Positions 48,001 through 57,262 are shown, counted from the stretch's first letter. The stretch is 64,000 bases of DNA from an uncultured bacterium (GCA_965370045.1 CBDUSI010000002.1:5207-69206), one strand, 5' to 3'. Numbers and translations are program-made. Notes: a model not told the origin generated them from the sequence alone.

Positions 48001-50987
48001 GACAGGAGCTTGCTCCCGCTGACCGCGTCGCCGTCGGTGCGGTCGCCGTCGTCGTACATTCGAACCGTGGCGCTGGCGGTGGTCACCAGTGTGGGGCTGG
48101 TGAAGCTGGCGTTGTCGTCCCACTGCAGTGCCAGGTAGTGCGTGCTCCAGGCCGCGCCCTGGGGCTTGATGCCCACGCGCAGGTGCAGATCCTGGTTGGT
48201 GGCCACCGTGGTCGAGGTGTTCTCGGCGGCCAGGGCGCCCTCGCCGTCATCGGCCCAGCGGTAGGCGGTCTGCTGCTTGGAGTCGTAAACCGCCCGGGCC
48301 AGCACCGCGAACTCGAGCGCACGGGTATTGCCGCCTCGGATTACCCGGAAGGCGAAAGTCTTGTTGGCCGCGGCGGCCTGGGCCTCAACTGCGTACCAGA
48401 ACTCGGAATAGGTGCTGCCTGTCCAGGCGTAGGCAACGCCGTTATCATCGTTGGAGTACTCGCCGTTGGCGGCGGTGCCCGCGCCGCTGCCGCAGACGAA
48501 CTGCCCGGTAGTCACTACGCCATTGTTGTTGTGACCGTTGTAGGTCTCGGTGTTGTTGGTCATCTGCCAGTATGTGGACGTGTAGGTTACGTCTGTCCAA
48601 TCTCCGGGCGTGCCATCGGGATCCTCCTGGTACTGGAGTTGCCAGTCCCAGGTGCCGCTGGCCCCGCTGTAAACCCGTTCGTACTGGATGGCCAGGATAT
48701 ACTTCTGGCCGGTGGAGAAGTTCAGCGGCTGGTTGGCCGTGCCCCAGGAGAGCGAGGCGGCGTCGGGAGCCCAGTTGTAGGCGCTTTGCCGATTGGTGGA
48801 GAGTTCCACATCCAGGCGGATGGTCTGGCTGTAGGCGTCCAGCGGGCCGACCAGGACGCCGGCGCTGGTCACCTCCACCACCCGGAAGTACCAAGTGTCC
48901 GGGTTGTCGTAGATAGGGGTGTAATTGACCTGTACCGTGAAGTCCACCTCGTAGAGGACGTCGCCGGTGAAGTTCTGGGAGCTGGTCACGTTGGACTCGT
49001 GGTACTTGCCGTCCGATGGCGAGCCGGAGAGCATCTTGGCCCCGCTGACCGCGTCGCCGCCGGTGTGGTTGGGGTCGTCCCAGGTCTTGAACGTCGCCGA
49101 GCCGGTGGTGAGCAGAGTCGGACTGGTGAAGCCGGTGTTGTCGTCGACCTGCAGCGCGAGGTACTTGCCGTTCCAGTCCTCCTGGCCGCTGCGGACGCCC
49201 ACGCGGAGGTGCAGCTTGACGTTCTCGACCGTTTCGTAAAAGTCATTCTCCGCGGCGGCCGGCCCTTCGTTGCTTTCCAGCCAGCGGTAAGAGACCTGCT
49301 CTCGCGCGGGGACCCGGGCGATGGCGAAGGTCCTGGGGTTCCAGCTACTCCCGGCTGCCACGACGCGGAACTGGTAGGAGTGGCCGCGCGCGGCGGCCGA
49401 AGCGGTGATCGCGTACCACAGTTCCACGTAGTTGCCGCTGGTGTAGCTGTCGCGCAGGCCGTTATTGTCGTTGCAGAACTCACCAGTGGCCACGGTGTAG
49501 CCCGCATGTCCGGACTGGCTGTACCAGGCGGTCTGGGTAACGGTCCCGTTGGTAATGGTGCACTGGTGGGCGGTGGTGGTGGTCCAGACGCCTCCGGTGG
49601 TGACGTTGGTCCAGGCGCCGGGACTGCCCGTGTCGTAATCCTCCTGGTACTGGAGATAGAAGTCCCCGTTGGTGATGTTGTTGTCCAGGGCCACCTGCAC
49701 GGCGATGACATAGATGTTCCCCGACTGGGCGATAAGCTCGGTGTCCTCGGTCTGCCAGGAGAGCGCGCTGGGGGCCACCGCGGCGTCCGGGGCCCAGGCG
49801 AAGCCGGTCTGCTTGGCTTGGGCATTGACGACGTCGAGCTGTATTGTCTGGCTGTAGCCGTCCAGGGTGCTGACGAAGTTCCCGCCGGAGTCCACCTCCA
49901 CGACGCGCAGGTACCAGGTGCCTGTGGCCGTCGGCATGATGGTGAAGTCTTCCTCGTAGAGGACGTCCGCCGCCTTGGTTTCGCTGGAGGTGACGTTGGA
50001 CTCGTGGTACTCGCCGTCAGACGGCGAGCCGGAGAGCAGTTTGGTCCCGCTCACCGCGTCGCCGTCGGCGTGGTCGGCGTCGTTCCACCACGCACCGGAG
50101 GGCAGCATGGCCGCGCCGGTGAAGCTGGGGTTGTTGGCGTACTGCAGGCCCAACCGGTGAGTGCCCCAGCTGCTCTCCTGGGAGCGAATGCCCACGCGCA
50201 GGTGGAGCTGCTGGTTGGTGGCGGACGTGTATGCCGTGTTCTCGGCCTGCAGCGCGCTCTCGTCGGAATGCGCCCAGCGGTAGCTCTCCTGGAAGTGGCC
50301 GGGCGTGGCCGGTTTCACCGACACTGAAGTGATTGCCCAGCGGTCGGTGACCGCGAAGTTCCAGCTCATGGTCACGCTGGCGGCGCCCGCCTCGGTGCTG
50401 GCGCCGCCCTCAACGTCCCCGAAGTTGTTGGGGCCGCTTTGGGCTTGCCATCTCTGGGTCTGCCCGGCGCCCACGGTGGGATTGCCGTCGGCGCCGCGGA
50501 AGCAGATGGTGTCCACCACGATCTCGCCGGCCGCGCTGTTCACGGCAACCGAGGCCGTCGTGCTCCGGCCCGTGGCACCGGTCGCGGTGCCAAAGGGCGT
50601 GGCGGTGGATGCGCCAGTGAAGGAAATGGCGCCGCAGACGGTATCCTCTCCGGCGCTCATGGTTACGACGACGTTGTGGGTTCCCGTGGGCGGAGCGACA
50701 AGGTACCATAGTTCCGTGATGGCCCAGCCTCCATTGGTGTCCCTGCGAAGCAGCGTAAGGCCCTGGCCGTTGTAGGTCACCGAACTGACCGGATCTCGAG
50801 AAGAAACTCCAACTACCAGCAGACGCTGGGTGCCGGAGCAGGTGTGGCTCCAGGTGAAGCTGGCCGCGTCGCCGCTGGTGCTGCTCGAAGCGTCGACCGC
50901 CACCGCGGCGCGGGCCGAGCCTGAGCCCAGCGCGAGCGCGAGCGCGCAGACCGCGACTCGCCAGAGCCTGGCGGATCCTCCGCCCAT
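45036..50987 (-). CDS. Giant secreted repeat protein (adhesin/surface layer-like)
   Basis: Signal peptide after a GGGAGG RBS; four A+B tandem modules of ~290 aa (Q.[ST]YRW..D...LHLRVG and AY.W.PD); WDGS..G.W..A.NW beta-helix; C-terminal W.AASE.GTAGY.VLR domain. An alternative start lies at 51047. Confidence 0.85.
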   Translation of the reverse strand: MGGGSARLWRVAVCALALALGSGSARAAVAVDASSSTSGDAASFTWSHTCSGTQRLLVVGVSSRDPVSSVTYNGQGLTLLRRDTNGGWAITELWYLVAPPTGTHNVVVTMSAGEDTVCGAISFTGASTATPFGTATGATGRSTTASVAVNSAAGEIVVDTICFRGADGNPTVGAGQTQRWQAQSGPNNFGDVEGGASTEAGAASVTMSWNFAVTDRWAITSVSVKPATPGHFQESYRWAHSDESALQAENTAYTSATNQQLHLRVGIRSQESSWGTHRLGLQYANNPSFTGAAMLPSGAWWNDADHADGDAVSGTKLLSGSPSDGEYHESNVTSSETKAADVLYEEDFTIMPTATGTWYLRVVEVDSGGNFVSTLDGYSQTIQLDVVNAQAKQTGFAWAPDAAVAPSALSWQTEDTELIAQSGNIYVIAVQVALDNNITNGDFYLQYQEDYDTGSPGAWTNVTTGGVWTTTTAHQCTITNGTVTQTAWYSQSGHAGYTVATGEFCNDNNGLRDSYTSGNYVELWYAITASAAARGHSYQFRVVAAGSSWNPRTFAIARVPAREQVSYRWLESNEGPAAAENDFYETVENVKLHLRVGVRSGQEDWNGKYLALQVDDNTGFTSPTLLTTGSATFKTWDDPNHTGGDAVSGAKMLSGSPSDGKYHESNVTSSQNFTGDVLYEVDFTVQVNYTPIYDNPDTWYFRVVEVTSAGVLVGPLDAYSQTIRLDVELSTNRQSAYNWAPDAASLSWGTANQPLNFSTGQKYILAIQYERVYSGASGTWDWQLQYQEDPDGTPGDWTDVTYTSTYWQMTNNTETYNGHNNNGVVTTGQFVCGSGAGTAANGEYSNDDNGVAYAWTGSTYSEFWYAVEAQAAAANKTFAFRVIRGGNTRALEFAVLARAVYDSKQQTAYRWADDGEGALAAENTSTTVATNQDLHLRVGIKPQGAAWSTHYLALQWDDNASFTSPTLVTTASATVRMYDDGDRTDGDAVSGSKLLSGSPSDGEYHESNVTSAETKTADLVYEEDFTVRCTTAGTYYLRVVEVNAAGALVGTLDDYQQTIQVEAVDPADDQTAYNWAPDAAVLGENLVWGGENTALNFTTSNTYILAVQVKNTSASDSDYDWVIQYQKDPDGTPGPWTSVTTGSTDWQIDSTPAFVDIANEGTVEAANHFSMSSPGGTAVNGEFSSDSNGATHVLSGNPVYAEYWFAVTPQASAAGFKYRFRITNSGSTYGISYTTYAITSQSSQEQVSYRWADASDAAMGSKNASISAATGAQLHLRVGVRSNNGAWNGHRLGLEFADNPSFTGASVMVEGAGNLRMWDDADHADATAVTGTKLLEPPAASYGYWHEKDDAQASESFAADTIYEEDFAVQASVNGTYYIRIIEVNAAGAKVGNLDTYSQTIQLTVASPADAQSGYEWGLDNGAAPTWQGDDTNFHFTPGTKYILSIQIDHQSGSTSDYDWQIQYQESPFVYTPGSWTTITGATSKWKTISPTNVSKTNEGAVATGEFGQAGVVGGTAVAGEFSDDSSGAQYAINNNNDYTELWFCIQPDSNAAGKQYRFRVTDGGSPSGITYSIYAFAYNVHIWDGSSSGAWGTTANWAPEILPATSQDVQVPSSALYANAPNVTVATNNLDALTVDSGGTLGVGASGNLQVAGTVTLNGGINMTGGQATLSSGITVPAGKSVTVGSTAILILGANSTLNGNLTVAANGTLRMANGTSFTGNTGSTFTVSGTSQQAGGYATVEAISGTYNMGLAGNVDVTYARFYDLGAAGLTLSANATTTIFENVVFYDSSSMYLHVTGAAWDGYEFVGLGFADAGGTNTVEIDMGGGTTVTLTGYASGAGWLSGEGSDADTSGDVLWGPSAAEGLEARVRRTGRAALVTWSAASERGTAGYRVLRRKVERCGGLIEEEATGKTPRGARFEKFTGAWREVARTAVGVPGGEPGQRRYRHRDKPPPGTHEYLIEEVEGSGRPGRRARVEEAKR

Positions 50988-51052
50988 CACAGTGCCTCCC
51001 TGCACCCGATCAGGCACGACCGTTCCCCCCATCAGCGTCCCTACCATAATAT

Positions 51053-51703
51053 CTAATCGGCCGTCTTGGCCGACCCCTTAACCTTCCTGCCAGCGTCCGC
51101 CGGTTTCGGACGGCTCTCGAAGAGCTTGTTGATCTTGCTCCGGAAGTCGCTTAAATCAAAGGGCTTAGCGAGGTGGGCGTCGGCCCCGGCCTCGAAAATC
51201 TCCTCAATGCTCTTCTCGTCGCTCAGGGCGGTTACGGCCATGATTTTGGTGTCCGCCAGGCGGGAGTCCTCGCGCATGCGCCGGCAGGCGTCGCGGCCGT
51301 CCAGGCCCGGGAGCATGATGTCCAGCAGCACCAGGTCGGGCCGGAAGGAGCCGGCCAGGAAGCCGGCATCGAACCCGTTGCGGGCCACGCGTACTTCCCA
51401 CCCGTCGGCGGCCAGCACCTTCTCTATCAGGTTGGCCATGTTCCGCTCGTCCTCGACGACCAGTGCGCGACGCGGGGCCTCCTTCTCCGGCGGCTCGAAA
51501 TTAGGCAGGGGAATGCCGTGTTTGCCCGCGAATTCCAGCAGATGCTTTTTGGGTATGCGGCGGAAGCGGGAGCCGGGCACCTTGTAACCCTCGATGTCCC
51601 CGGCGTCGAAACGGCGGATGATGGTCATGTGGCTGAGGTCGCAGAGCTTAGCGGCCTCAAGCGTGCTGACCCAGTTACGATCTTTCTTGCGGCGCTTATT
51701 CAT
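51053..51703 (-). CDS. Response regulator with an N-terminal excisionase-type HTH
   Basis: ST.EAAKLC.LS..TIIR.FD.G...GYKVPGSRFRRI HTH; receiver motifs VEDE, LLDIMLPG and KPF. Confidence 0.9.
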   Translation of the reverse strand: MNKRRKKDRNWVSTLEAAKLCDLSHMTIIRRFDAGDIEGYKVPGSRFRRIPKKHLLEFAGKHGIPLPNFEPPEKEAPRRALVVEDERNMANLIEKVLAADGWEVRVARNGFDAGFLAGSFRPDLVLLDIMLPGLDGRDACRRMREDSRLADTKIMAVTALSDEKSIEEIFEAGADAHLAKPFDLSDFRSKINKLFESRPKPADAGRKVKGSAKTAD

Positions 51704-51762
51704 CGGGTGCGCGTCTCCAAACAGATGGCTTGCTCCACACTGAACCCCTTCTCCCTGGTTAT

Positions 51763-51791
51763 ATTATACATATTAACACGCTGAATGTCAA
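51763..51791 (-). promoter_or_regulatory. Perfect-consensus sigma70 promoter of the regulator-giant protein-C25 operon
   Basis: Minus strand TTGACA-N17-TATAAT in an AT-rich intergenic region. Confidence 0.8.
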
Positions 51792-51841
51792 CTATATTCC
51801 AGCTGTTTAGTGGTGGATAGAGCATTTCTATATTTAGAGGG

Positions 51842-53560
51842 CTACTGGCGGAGGTCCCATCCGCGCCGCGGGGGCCTCCCCTTCTTGCCCCGGTTCCGCT
51901 TGTTGCGCACGGTAATGACTGCCTCGGCGGAACTCGAAAGCCCGCCGGCATCGGTCACGGTGACGCGCGCGGTGTAAACGCCCGCCTCGCTGTAGAGGTG
52001 CTCGACCTTCTTGCCACCCTCCGCGGTCGCCCCGTCGCCGAAGTCCCAGGCGTAGGAGAGCTTCCCGCCCTCGGGGTCCCGGGCCCGGGCGGTGAAGGTG
52101 ACCACCAGCGGCGCCCAGCCCGTCTTCTTCCTGGCCCTGAGCCTCACCTTCGGCGGGAGGTTGGGCGCGGCGGCCTTCACCTCGATGAAGGCCTCGGCGA
52201 CGGCGGTCGCCCCCCGGTCGTCGTAAACGGTCAACTCCACGAGGTAGGAGCCGGGCGCGGAGAAGGTGTGGGCGACCTCGAAGCCCTCGGCGACCTCTCC
52301 GTCGCCGAAGTCCCACTCTGCGCGGACCACTTCGCCGTCGGGGTCGGAGGCCTCGGCGCGCAGGCTCACTGCCAGCGGCGCGGGCCCCGCGACGGGATCG
52401 GCCAGGATCGCGCAGATCGGCGGCTTGTTGAGGTGCGGCTGGGGTACCTCTCCGGTGGTGAGGGCCAGCAGCTTGCGGCCCGCGCCCACGTAGACCGTGC
52501 CCCCCGCGCCCACCGCCGGGGCGCTGGCGGTGGTGCCCTCGGCGGCGTACTCGGCCAGCAGCACGCCGTCAGCGGAGAACACCTGGGTCCCCGCGTATAT
52601 CTTGCCGGCCCAGTCTACCGCCGGGGAACTCTCCGGATGCATGGTCGGCGCCGCCCACCTGGCGGCCCCGTCGGTGCCTACCGCGTGCAGGCGGCCGTCG
52701 CCCGCGGTCAGGTAAACAACCCCGTCACCCATCGCCGGCGAGGAGTAGACCGGTCCGCCCAGGTCGCAGGTCCAGCGCACGCTGCCGGCCGGGTCCAGCG
52801 CGTAGAGCTTGCCGTCCGCGCAGCCCTGGTAGACGGTGCCATCAGGTCCGATGGAGCAACCCGCGCGGTCAGCCATGCCGCCGAGGTTCAGCGCCCACTT
52901 GCGGGTGCCGTCGGGGTTGACCGCGTGCATGCGCCCGCTGATGTCCGCGGCGTAGAGCACCCCGTCCGCGGAGACGGCCGGCACCGCCGAGAAGACCTTG
53001 TAGTTGCCGTACTGCCAACTGCGGGTACCGTCGGGCTTCACGCAGAAGATGCCGCTGCCGTTGGAGCCGAAGTAGATGTTGCCCGCCGGACCGATAAGCG
53101 GCGCGTGCAGCGGGGAGGCGGTCACCGGGTGGAACCACTTGAGCGCGCCGTCCGCGTTCAGGGCGGTGAGGCCCTGTTGGGCCTCGGGCTGGCTGCCGTT
53201 GTTGTAGGCGGTCACGTACACGGTGCCGTCGGCGGCGATAGCTGGCGCGGCGTACTTGATGGTGCCCTTGGTGTCGTAGCTCCAGACCAGCTGGCCAGCG
53301 GCGTCCAGGCAGTAGAGCTTGCCGTCGGTGCTCCCGATGTAGACCCGCCCGCCGGCGCCCAGCACCGGGGAGGAGTACACGTTGCCGCCGGTCTCGAAGC
53401 TCCACTTGGCGGCGGAAACGTCGGCACCGATGTAGTCGGCCCGGCTGGTGCCCTGAGCGTCATGTCGGAACTGCGGCCAGGGAGCTTGTTCGCTCGCCGC
53501 CGCAGACCAGACAAGTGTCAGGGAAAAGAAGAGCGCGCAGGAGATGGCTTTTCTTGTCAT
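51842..53560 (-). CDS. Secreted PQQ-like beta-propeller protein with two PKD domains
   Basis: WPQFRHD..GT; repeated SSP..G..G.VY.GS.DG.LY.L..G...W blades; two WDFGDG PKD motifs. Confidence 0.9.
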   Translation of the reverse strand: MTRKAISCALFFSLTLVWSAAASEQAPWPQFRHDAQGTSRADYIGADVSAAKWSFETGGNVYSSPVLGAGGRVYIGSTDGKLYCLDAAGQLVWSYDTKGTIKYAAPAIAADGTVYVTAYNNGSQPEAQQGLTALNADGALKWFHPVTASPLHAPLIGPAGNIYFGSNGSGIFCVKPDGTRSWQYGNYKVFSAVPAVSADGVLYAADISGRMHAVNPDGTRKWALNLGGMADRAGCSIGPDGTVYQGCADGKLYALDPAGSVRWTCDLGGPVYSSPAMGDGVVYLTAGDGRLHAVGTDGAARWAAPTMHPESSPAVDWAGKIYAGTQVFSADGVLLAEYAAEGTTASAPAVGAGGTVYVGAGRKLLALTTGEVPQPHLNKPPICAILADPVAGPAPLAVSLRAEASDPDGEVVRAEWDFGDGEVAEGFEVAHTFSAPGSYLVELTVYDDRGATAVAEAFIEVKAAAPNLPPKVRLRARKKTGWAPLVVTFTARARDPEGGKLSYAWDFGDGATAEGGKKVEHLYSEAGVYTARVTVTDAGGLSSSAEAVITVRNKRNRGKKGRPPRRGWDLRQ

Positions 53561-53921
53561 GAGAACGCCCCCCGATCCCTCAGCGCGGTTGCTCAGCGTC
53601 ATTTATCTAAGCAACAGATATGCCACGACTTACCGCTTTTCGGTCGCGCGTATGCCACGTTGTGCATAGCTTTACGCCTGACCGGTCCGATAACTAGTAT
53701 GACGCATAACGTCACAGTGACGCTGAGCGGCTCGTTGATGACTATTACTGTCGCTCGCGAGGCAGTGAAAGGGGCCATTCCCAGCGCACTGTCATATTCC
53801 ATAATCTTGCGGGTGGAACTGTGACGCTGGTGCGCGGTTGTTGTGGCCGGTCCCAAGAAAAGCGAGATATCCGAGTAACCTTGCCGGGAACTACGCTATA
53901 ATGTGAGTGGAGGAGTTGCAC

Positions 53922-55277
53922 ATGGGTCGACATCTGCTGCGCCTGGCGACCGCCCTGACTCTGATATGTCTGCTTGCCGCCGGCGCTCTCGGCGACGAGC
54001 TGGTCCTCAAAAGCGGGACGCGTCATCAGGGCAAGGTCGTCGAGGACAAGGACGGAGTCATAAAGTTCCGGGTCAAGCTGCCCAGAGGCAGCGCGGTGAT
54101 GAGCTTCCGCTACAAGCGGATCCGCTCGATCACCGTCGCGGGCAAGACCCGGCTGATCAAAGCTGGCGGGGTCTCCAAGCCCGCGCCAAAGCCCGAGCCG
54201 ACGCCGGTCGCCAAGCCCGGCCCCAAACCCGAACCGAAAAGCGAACCCAAGGCTCCTCCCAGGCCGGCCGCTGATCCCAAGAAGTTGAACGGCCTGCCGG
54301 TGCGCACCTCCGCGGAGGTCGAGGCGCTGATAGCCAGGGCCGCCGCCGACCCCGGCTGGCTGGCCTCGACGAAGCTCAACTATCCGAAGTCGTTGCGCCT
54401 GAACTGGTCGCGGGCTCCGGGCAAGGGCTGGAAGCCCAACGTCAATATGGGCGCGCACATGATCAGCAACGTCTACCGCTCTCCCAAGAAGTGGAAGTAC
54501 GGGGTCAAGCTGCTGCACCACACCCTGACCGTCAACAAAGGCAACGCCTCCGCGCTCAAGAAGAGCTACAACGAAATGGGCCGTCAGTACTCGGACTTCC
54601 TGGGCGACCCGGCGCGCGCGGCCTACTGGTGGCGCAAGGCCGGGGCTCAACCCTGGAAGCTGGCCGACTGCTACCGCCGGCTGGGCTCCCGGGAGATGGC
54701 CATCGCCCAGATGCGCCGGGTGGGCGGGGGGCGAGTGCCCTGGGAGCGCGTGGTCCATCAGTGGGCCATGCTCGGGGACCTGGACGCGGCGCTGCGCCTG
54801 GCCGAGAGCCAGGCGCGCTCGCGGCCGGACCTGATGTACCGCGCCGCCGGCCGGGCCTGCTGTTTCGCCGGCAAGTTCAAGGAGGCCGCCGCCTACTTCG
54901 ACAAGGTGGTGGCCTTGAAGAAGGGCAGTCGCGGATTGACGCGCAATAAGAACTTCGCCCGCGACGCGGCCGCGGCCATGAAGGCGCTGATCGGTTACGC
55001 GCCCGGCAAACTCCGCGACGGGACCTACACAGGCTCGGGTAAGAGCTTTCGCGGGAACATCAAGGTTTCGATAACCGTCTCGGGCGGCAAGATCACAGCG
55101 GCGAAGGTGACCGGCAATCCCGACGACTGGTCGGGCCGGTCGACGTTCGAACTGCCCAAGCGCATCGTCGAGCAGAACGGGCTGGCCGGGGTGGACCTGG
55201 TCAGCCGGGCGACCTATAGCTCCGACGGGACCATGAACGGCGCGGCCAAGGCCATCGGCAAGGCCCTGAAGAAGTAG
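53922..55277 (+). CDS. Secreted TPR protein with a C-terminal FMN-binding domain
   Basis: Signal peptide; DELVLKSG..H.GKV N-terminal domain; Pro-rich linker; DGTYTGSG..F.G.I.V...VDLVSRATYSS. Confidence 0.8.
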   Translation: MGRHLLRLATALTLICLLAAGALGDELVLKSGTRHQGKVVEDKDGVIKFRVKLPRGSAVMSFRYKRIRSITVAGKTRLIKAGGVSKPAPKPEPTPVAKPGPKPEPKSEPKAPPRPAADPKKLNGLPVRTSAEVEALIARAAADPGWLASTKLNYPKSLRLNWSRAPGKGWKPNVNMGAHMISNVYRSPKKWKYGVKLLHHTLTVNKGNASALKKSYNEMGRQYSDFLGDPARAAYWWRKAGAQPWKLADCYRRLGSREMAIAQMRRVGGGRVPWERVVHQWAMLGDLDAALRLAESQARSRPDLMYRAAGRACCFAGKFKEAAAYFDKVVALKKGSRGLTRNKNFARDAAAAMKALIGYAPGKLRDGTYTGSGKSFRGNIKVSITVSGGKITAAKVTGNPDDWSGRSTFELPKRIVEQNGLAGVDLVSRATYSSDGTMNGAAKAIGKALKK

Positions 55278-55354
55278 CCGCGGCCGCGCGCGCGTACCAC
55301 CCGCCTTCCTCCATCCTCCTCGCCTCATAAGCGCGGTGCGGCGGTCCGACCGCG

Positions 55355-56671
55355 TCAGTCGCCGGCGATGCGCTCCCTGCGCCAGCCCCGCGTGTAGACG
55401 ATCACCGCCAGCGCCTCGGCGAAGAAGCCGCAGACCAGCACCGCCGCGGCCGAGGCGGAGGTCAGGTGTCCCATGGCCAGGAGGCCCCAGCAGCAGAGGT
55501 AGGCGGTCGCGTTGCGGGAGATGCCGCCCACGAACATGCCCGCGGTGCGGCGGTGGACCATGGCCAGGCCGTGGTAGTAGTTGCGCCAGGCTATCACCAG
55601 GGGGACCGGGCAGAGCACCAGGAAGACGTGCCCGGCCATCTCCAGCACCGGGGGCTTCCACCCCAGCACATGGCCGATGAAGAGGGTCTTCAGCGGCGTG
55701 ACCGCGGTCACCAGCATCAGGCCGGTCACCACCAGCACCACCCGGCGCATGAAGCGCCGCAGGCCGGCCAGGTTGCGGTGGCCGAAGGTGACGAACACGT
55801 GCCTGAACTGGTTGGAGGTCATCTGGAAGAGCATGGACAGGTCGAAGCCCACGCGCAGCGCGGCCACCATCGGCTGGGGATCCTCCAGGCGGCCGGCGAA
55901 GGAGTAGATGATCGGCCGGGTAATCGAGAACATCACGCCGGTGAGCGCCACCGGCCAGAAGAAGGCCAGCGCCTTGCGGTAGGAGACCTCGTCCCCCTCG
56001 GAGTTGAGGGTGCGCACGTTCATCATCCGGCAGAGGTGCCAGGACCAGACCATCTGCACCGCCAGGGGCACCGCCTGGGCCGAGACCAGGGTGACCGCCG
56101 GGTTCCAGCCCAGGTGGAAGCCGACCAGCAGCACCCCCAGCATCAGGAGCACGTAGGCGACGTTCAGCATCGCGACGACCCCGGTGCGCTTGGCCTGCAC
56201 CAGCAGGCCGGTGTAGAAGTGCCGCAGCCCGTTGAGCAGTATCAGCGGGGAGAGCAGGCGCAGGTACCTGACCACGTCGGCCAGCACCGGCCCCTCAATG
56301 TCGAAGAGCGCGGCGAGCACCAGCGGCCCGGCCGGGGTGAAGCTCAGGACCAGGAGCGGCGCGGTCAGCGCCAGGCAGACCGCCACCGTGAAGCGCAGGC
56401 AGACCGCGCGCGAGCGCCCCGAGCGCCCCAGGACGTTGGTCATCTGGGGCACGAAGGCCAGCACGGCGTTGAATATCCAGTAGACGCTCGATGCGTAGGC
56501 GAAGACCACGATTTCGCGCACCGCCTGCGGGTAGCGCGCCAGCGTTGCGTTCTGCAACTGCCGGGCCACCACCATGGCCAGGCTCATCATCAGCAGCGGC
56601 CAGTAGAACCGCCAGTAGTCGCGCCCCGAGCTTTGCGGCTCGACGGGGCCTTCCCGGGTGTCGCTCTGCAC
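55355..56671 (-). CDS. MATE/MOP-superfamily membrane transporter (ANKH-like)
   Basis: About 12 TMs with an internal two-fold repeat F[YF]WP[LV]A/L. Confidence 0.65.
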   Translation of the reverse strand: MQSDTREGPVEPQSSGRDYWRFYWPLLMMSLAMVVARQLQNATLARYPQAVREIVVFAYASSVYWIFNAVLAFVPQMTNVLGRSGRSRAVCLRFTVAVCLALTAPLLVLSFTPAGPLVLAALFDIEGPVLADVVRYLRLLSPLILLNGLRHFYTGLLVQAKRTGVVAMLNVAYVLLMLGVLLVGFHLGWNPAVTLVSAQAVPLAVQMVWSWHLCRMMNVRTLNSEGDEVSYRKALAFFWPVALTGVMFSITRPIIYSFAGRLEDPQPMVAALRVGFDLSMLFQMTSNQFRHVFVTFGHRNLAGLRRFMRRVVLVVTGLMLVTAVTPLKTLFIGHVLGWKPPVLEMAGHVFLVLCPVPLVIAWRNYYHGLAMVHRRTAGMFVGGISRNATAYLCCWGLLAMGHLTSASAAAVLVCGFFAEALAVIVYTRGWRRERIAGD

Positions 56672-56833
56672 GTCGTTGATTGCCCCTCCTCCCTGATATG
56701 TCCTGGTCTAACCGCAGTCCGGCCAGGGTCAAGCGAGAAAGGGGCGGGAAGTCGCTCCGGACGGGGGTGGTTTGACGGCGGCGGCCGGCGCGCGACAATG
56801 GCGGCGAACGAAGGACCTGGAAGGAGATGAAAG

Positions 56834-57199
56834 ATGGCGGAATGTTCATGTTGTGGCGGCGGATCGAAGCTCCCCGTGGCCCAGGCCGTGGACCTGGCCG
56901 GACTGGTGGAGTACGCGGAGGGATCGATTGTCAGCCGCACGCTGGTGGACAACGACTCCGGGACGCTTACGCTCTTCGCCTTCGACGCGGGCCAGGGGCT
57001 CAGCGAGCACACCGCGCCCTTTGACGCCGTGGTCCAGATTGTCGACGGTCGGGCGGGTCTCACCATCGGCGGGAAGAGCATCGAGGCCGAAGCCGGTCAG
57101 ATGGTGCTGATGCCCGCGGACGTGCCGCACGCGCTCAAGGCGTCCGAGCGTTTCAAGATGCTGCTCATCATGATCCGCGCGAAGTGCGCGGGGAAGTAG
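56834..57199 (+). CDS. Cupin domain protein
   Basis: TLFAFDAGQGLSEHTAPFDA...MPA.VPHAL motif. Confidence 0.92.
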   Translation: MAECSCCGGGSKLPVAQAVDLAGLVEYAEGSIVSRTLVDNDSGTLTLFAFDAGQGLSEHTAPFDAVVQIVDGRAGLTIGGKSIEAEAGQMVLMPADVPHALKASERFKMLLIMIRAKCAGK

Positions 57200-57262
57200 G
57201 GGCTCCAGCGCGGGCTTCTGGAGACCGCTGGGCCACAGCAGGGAGAAGAACATAACGACGGA

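Noticed and set aside
45111-50327. 1738-aa plus-strand ORF
   Set aside because: Antisense shadow of the giant surface protein gene; high-GC codon bias suppresses stops and the translation has no motifs.
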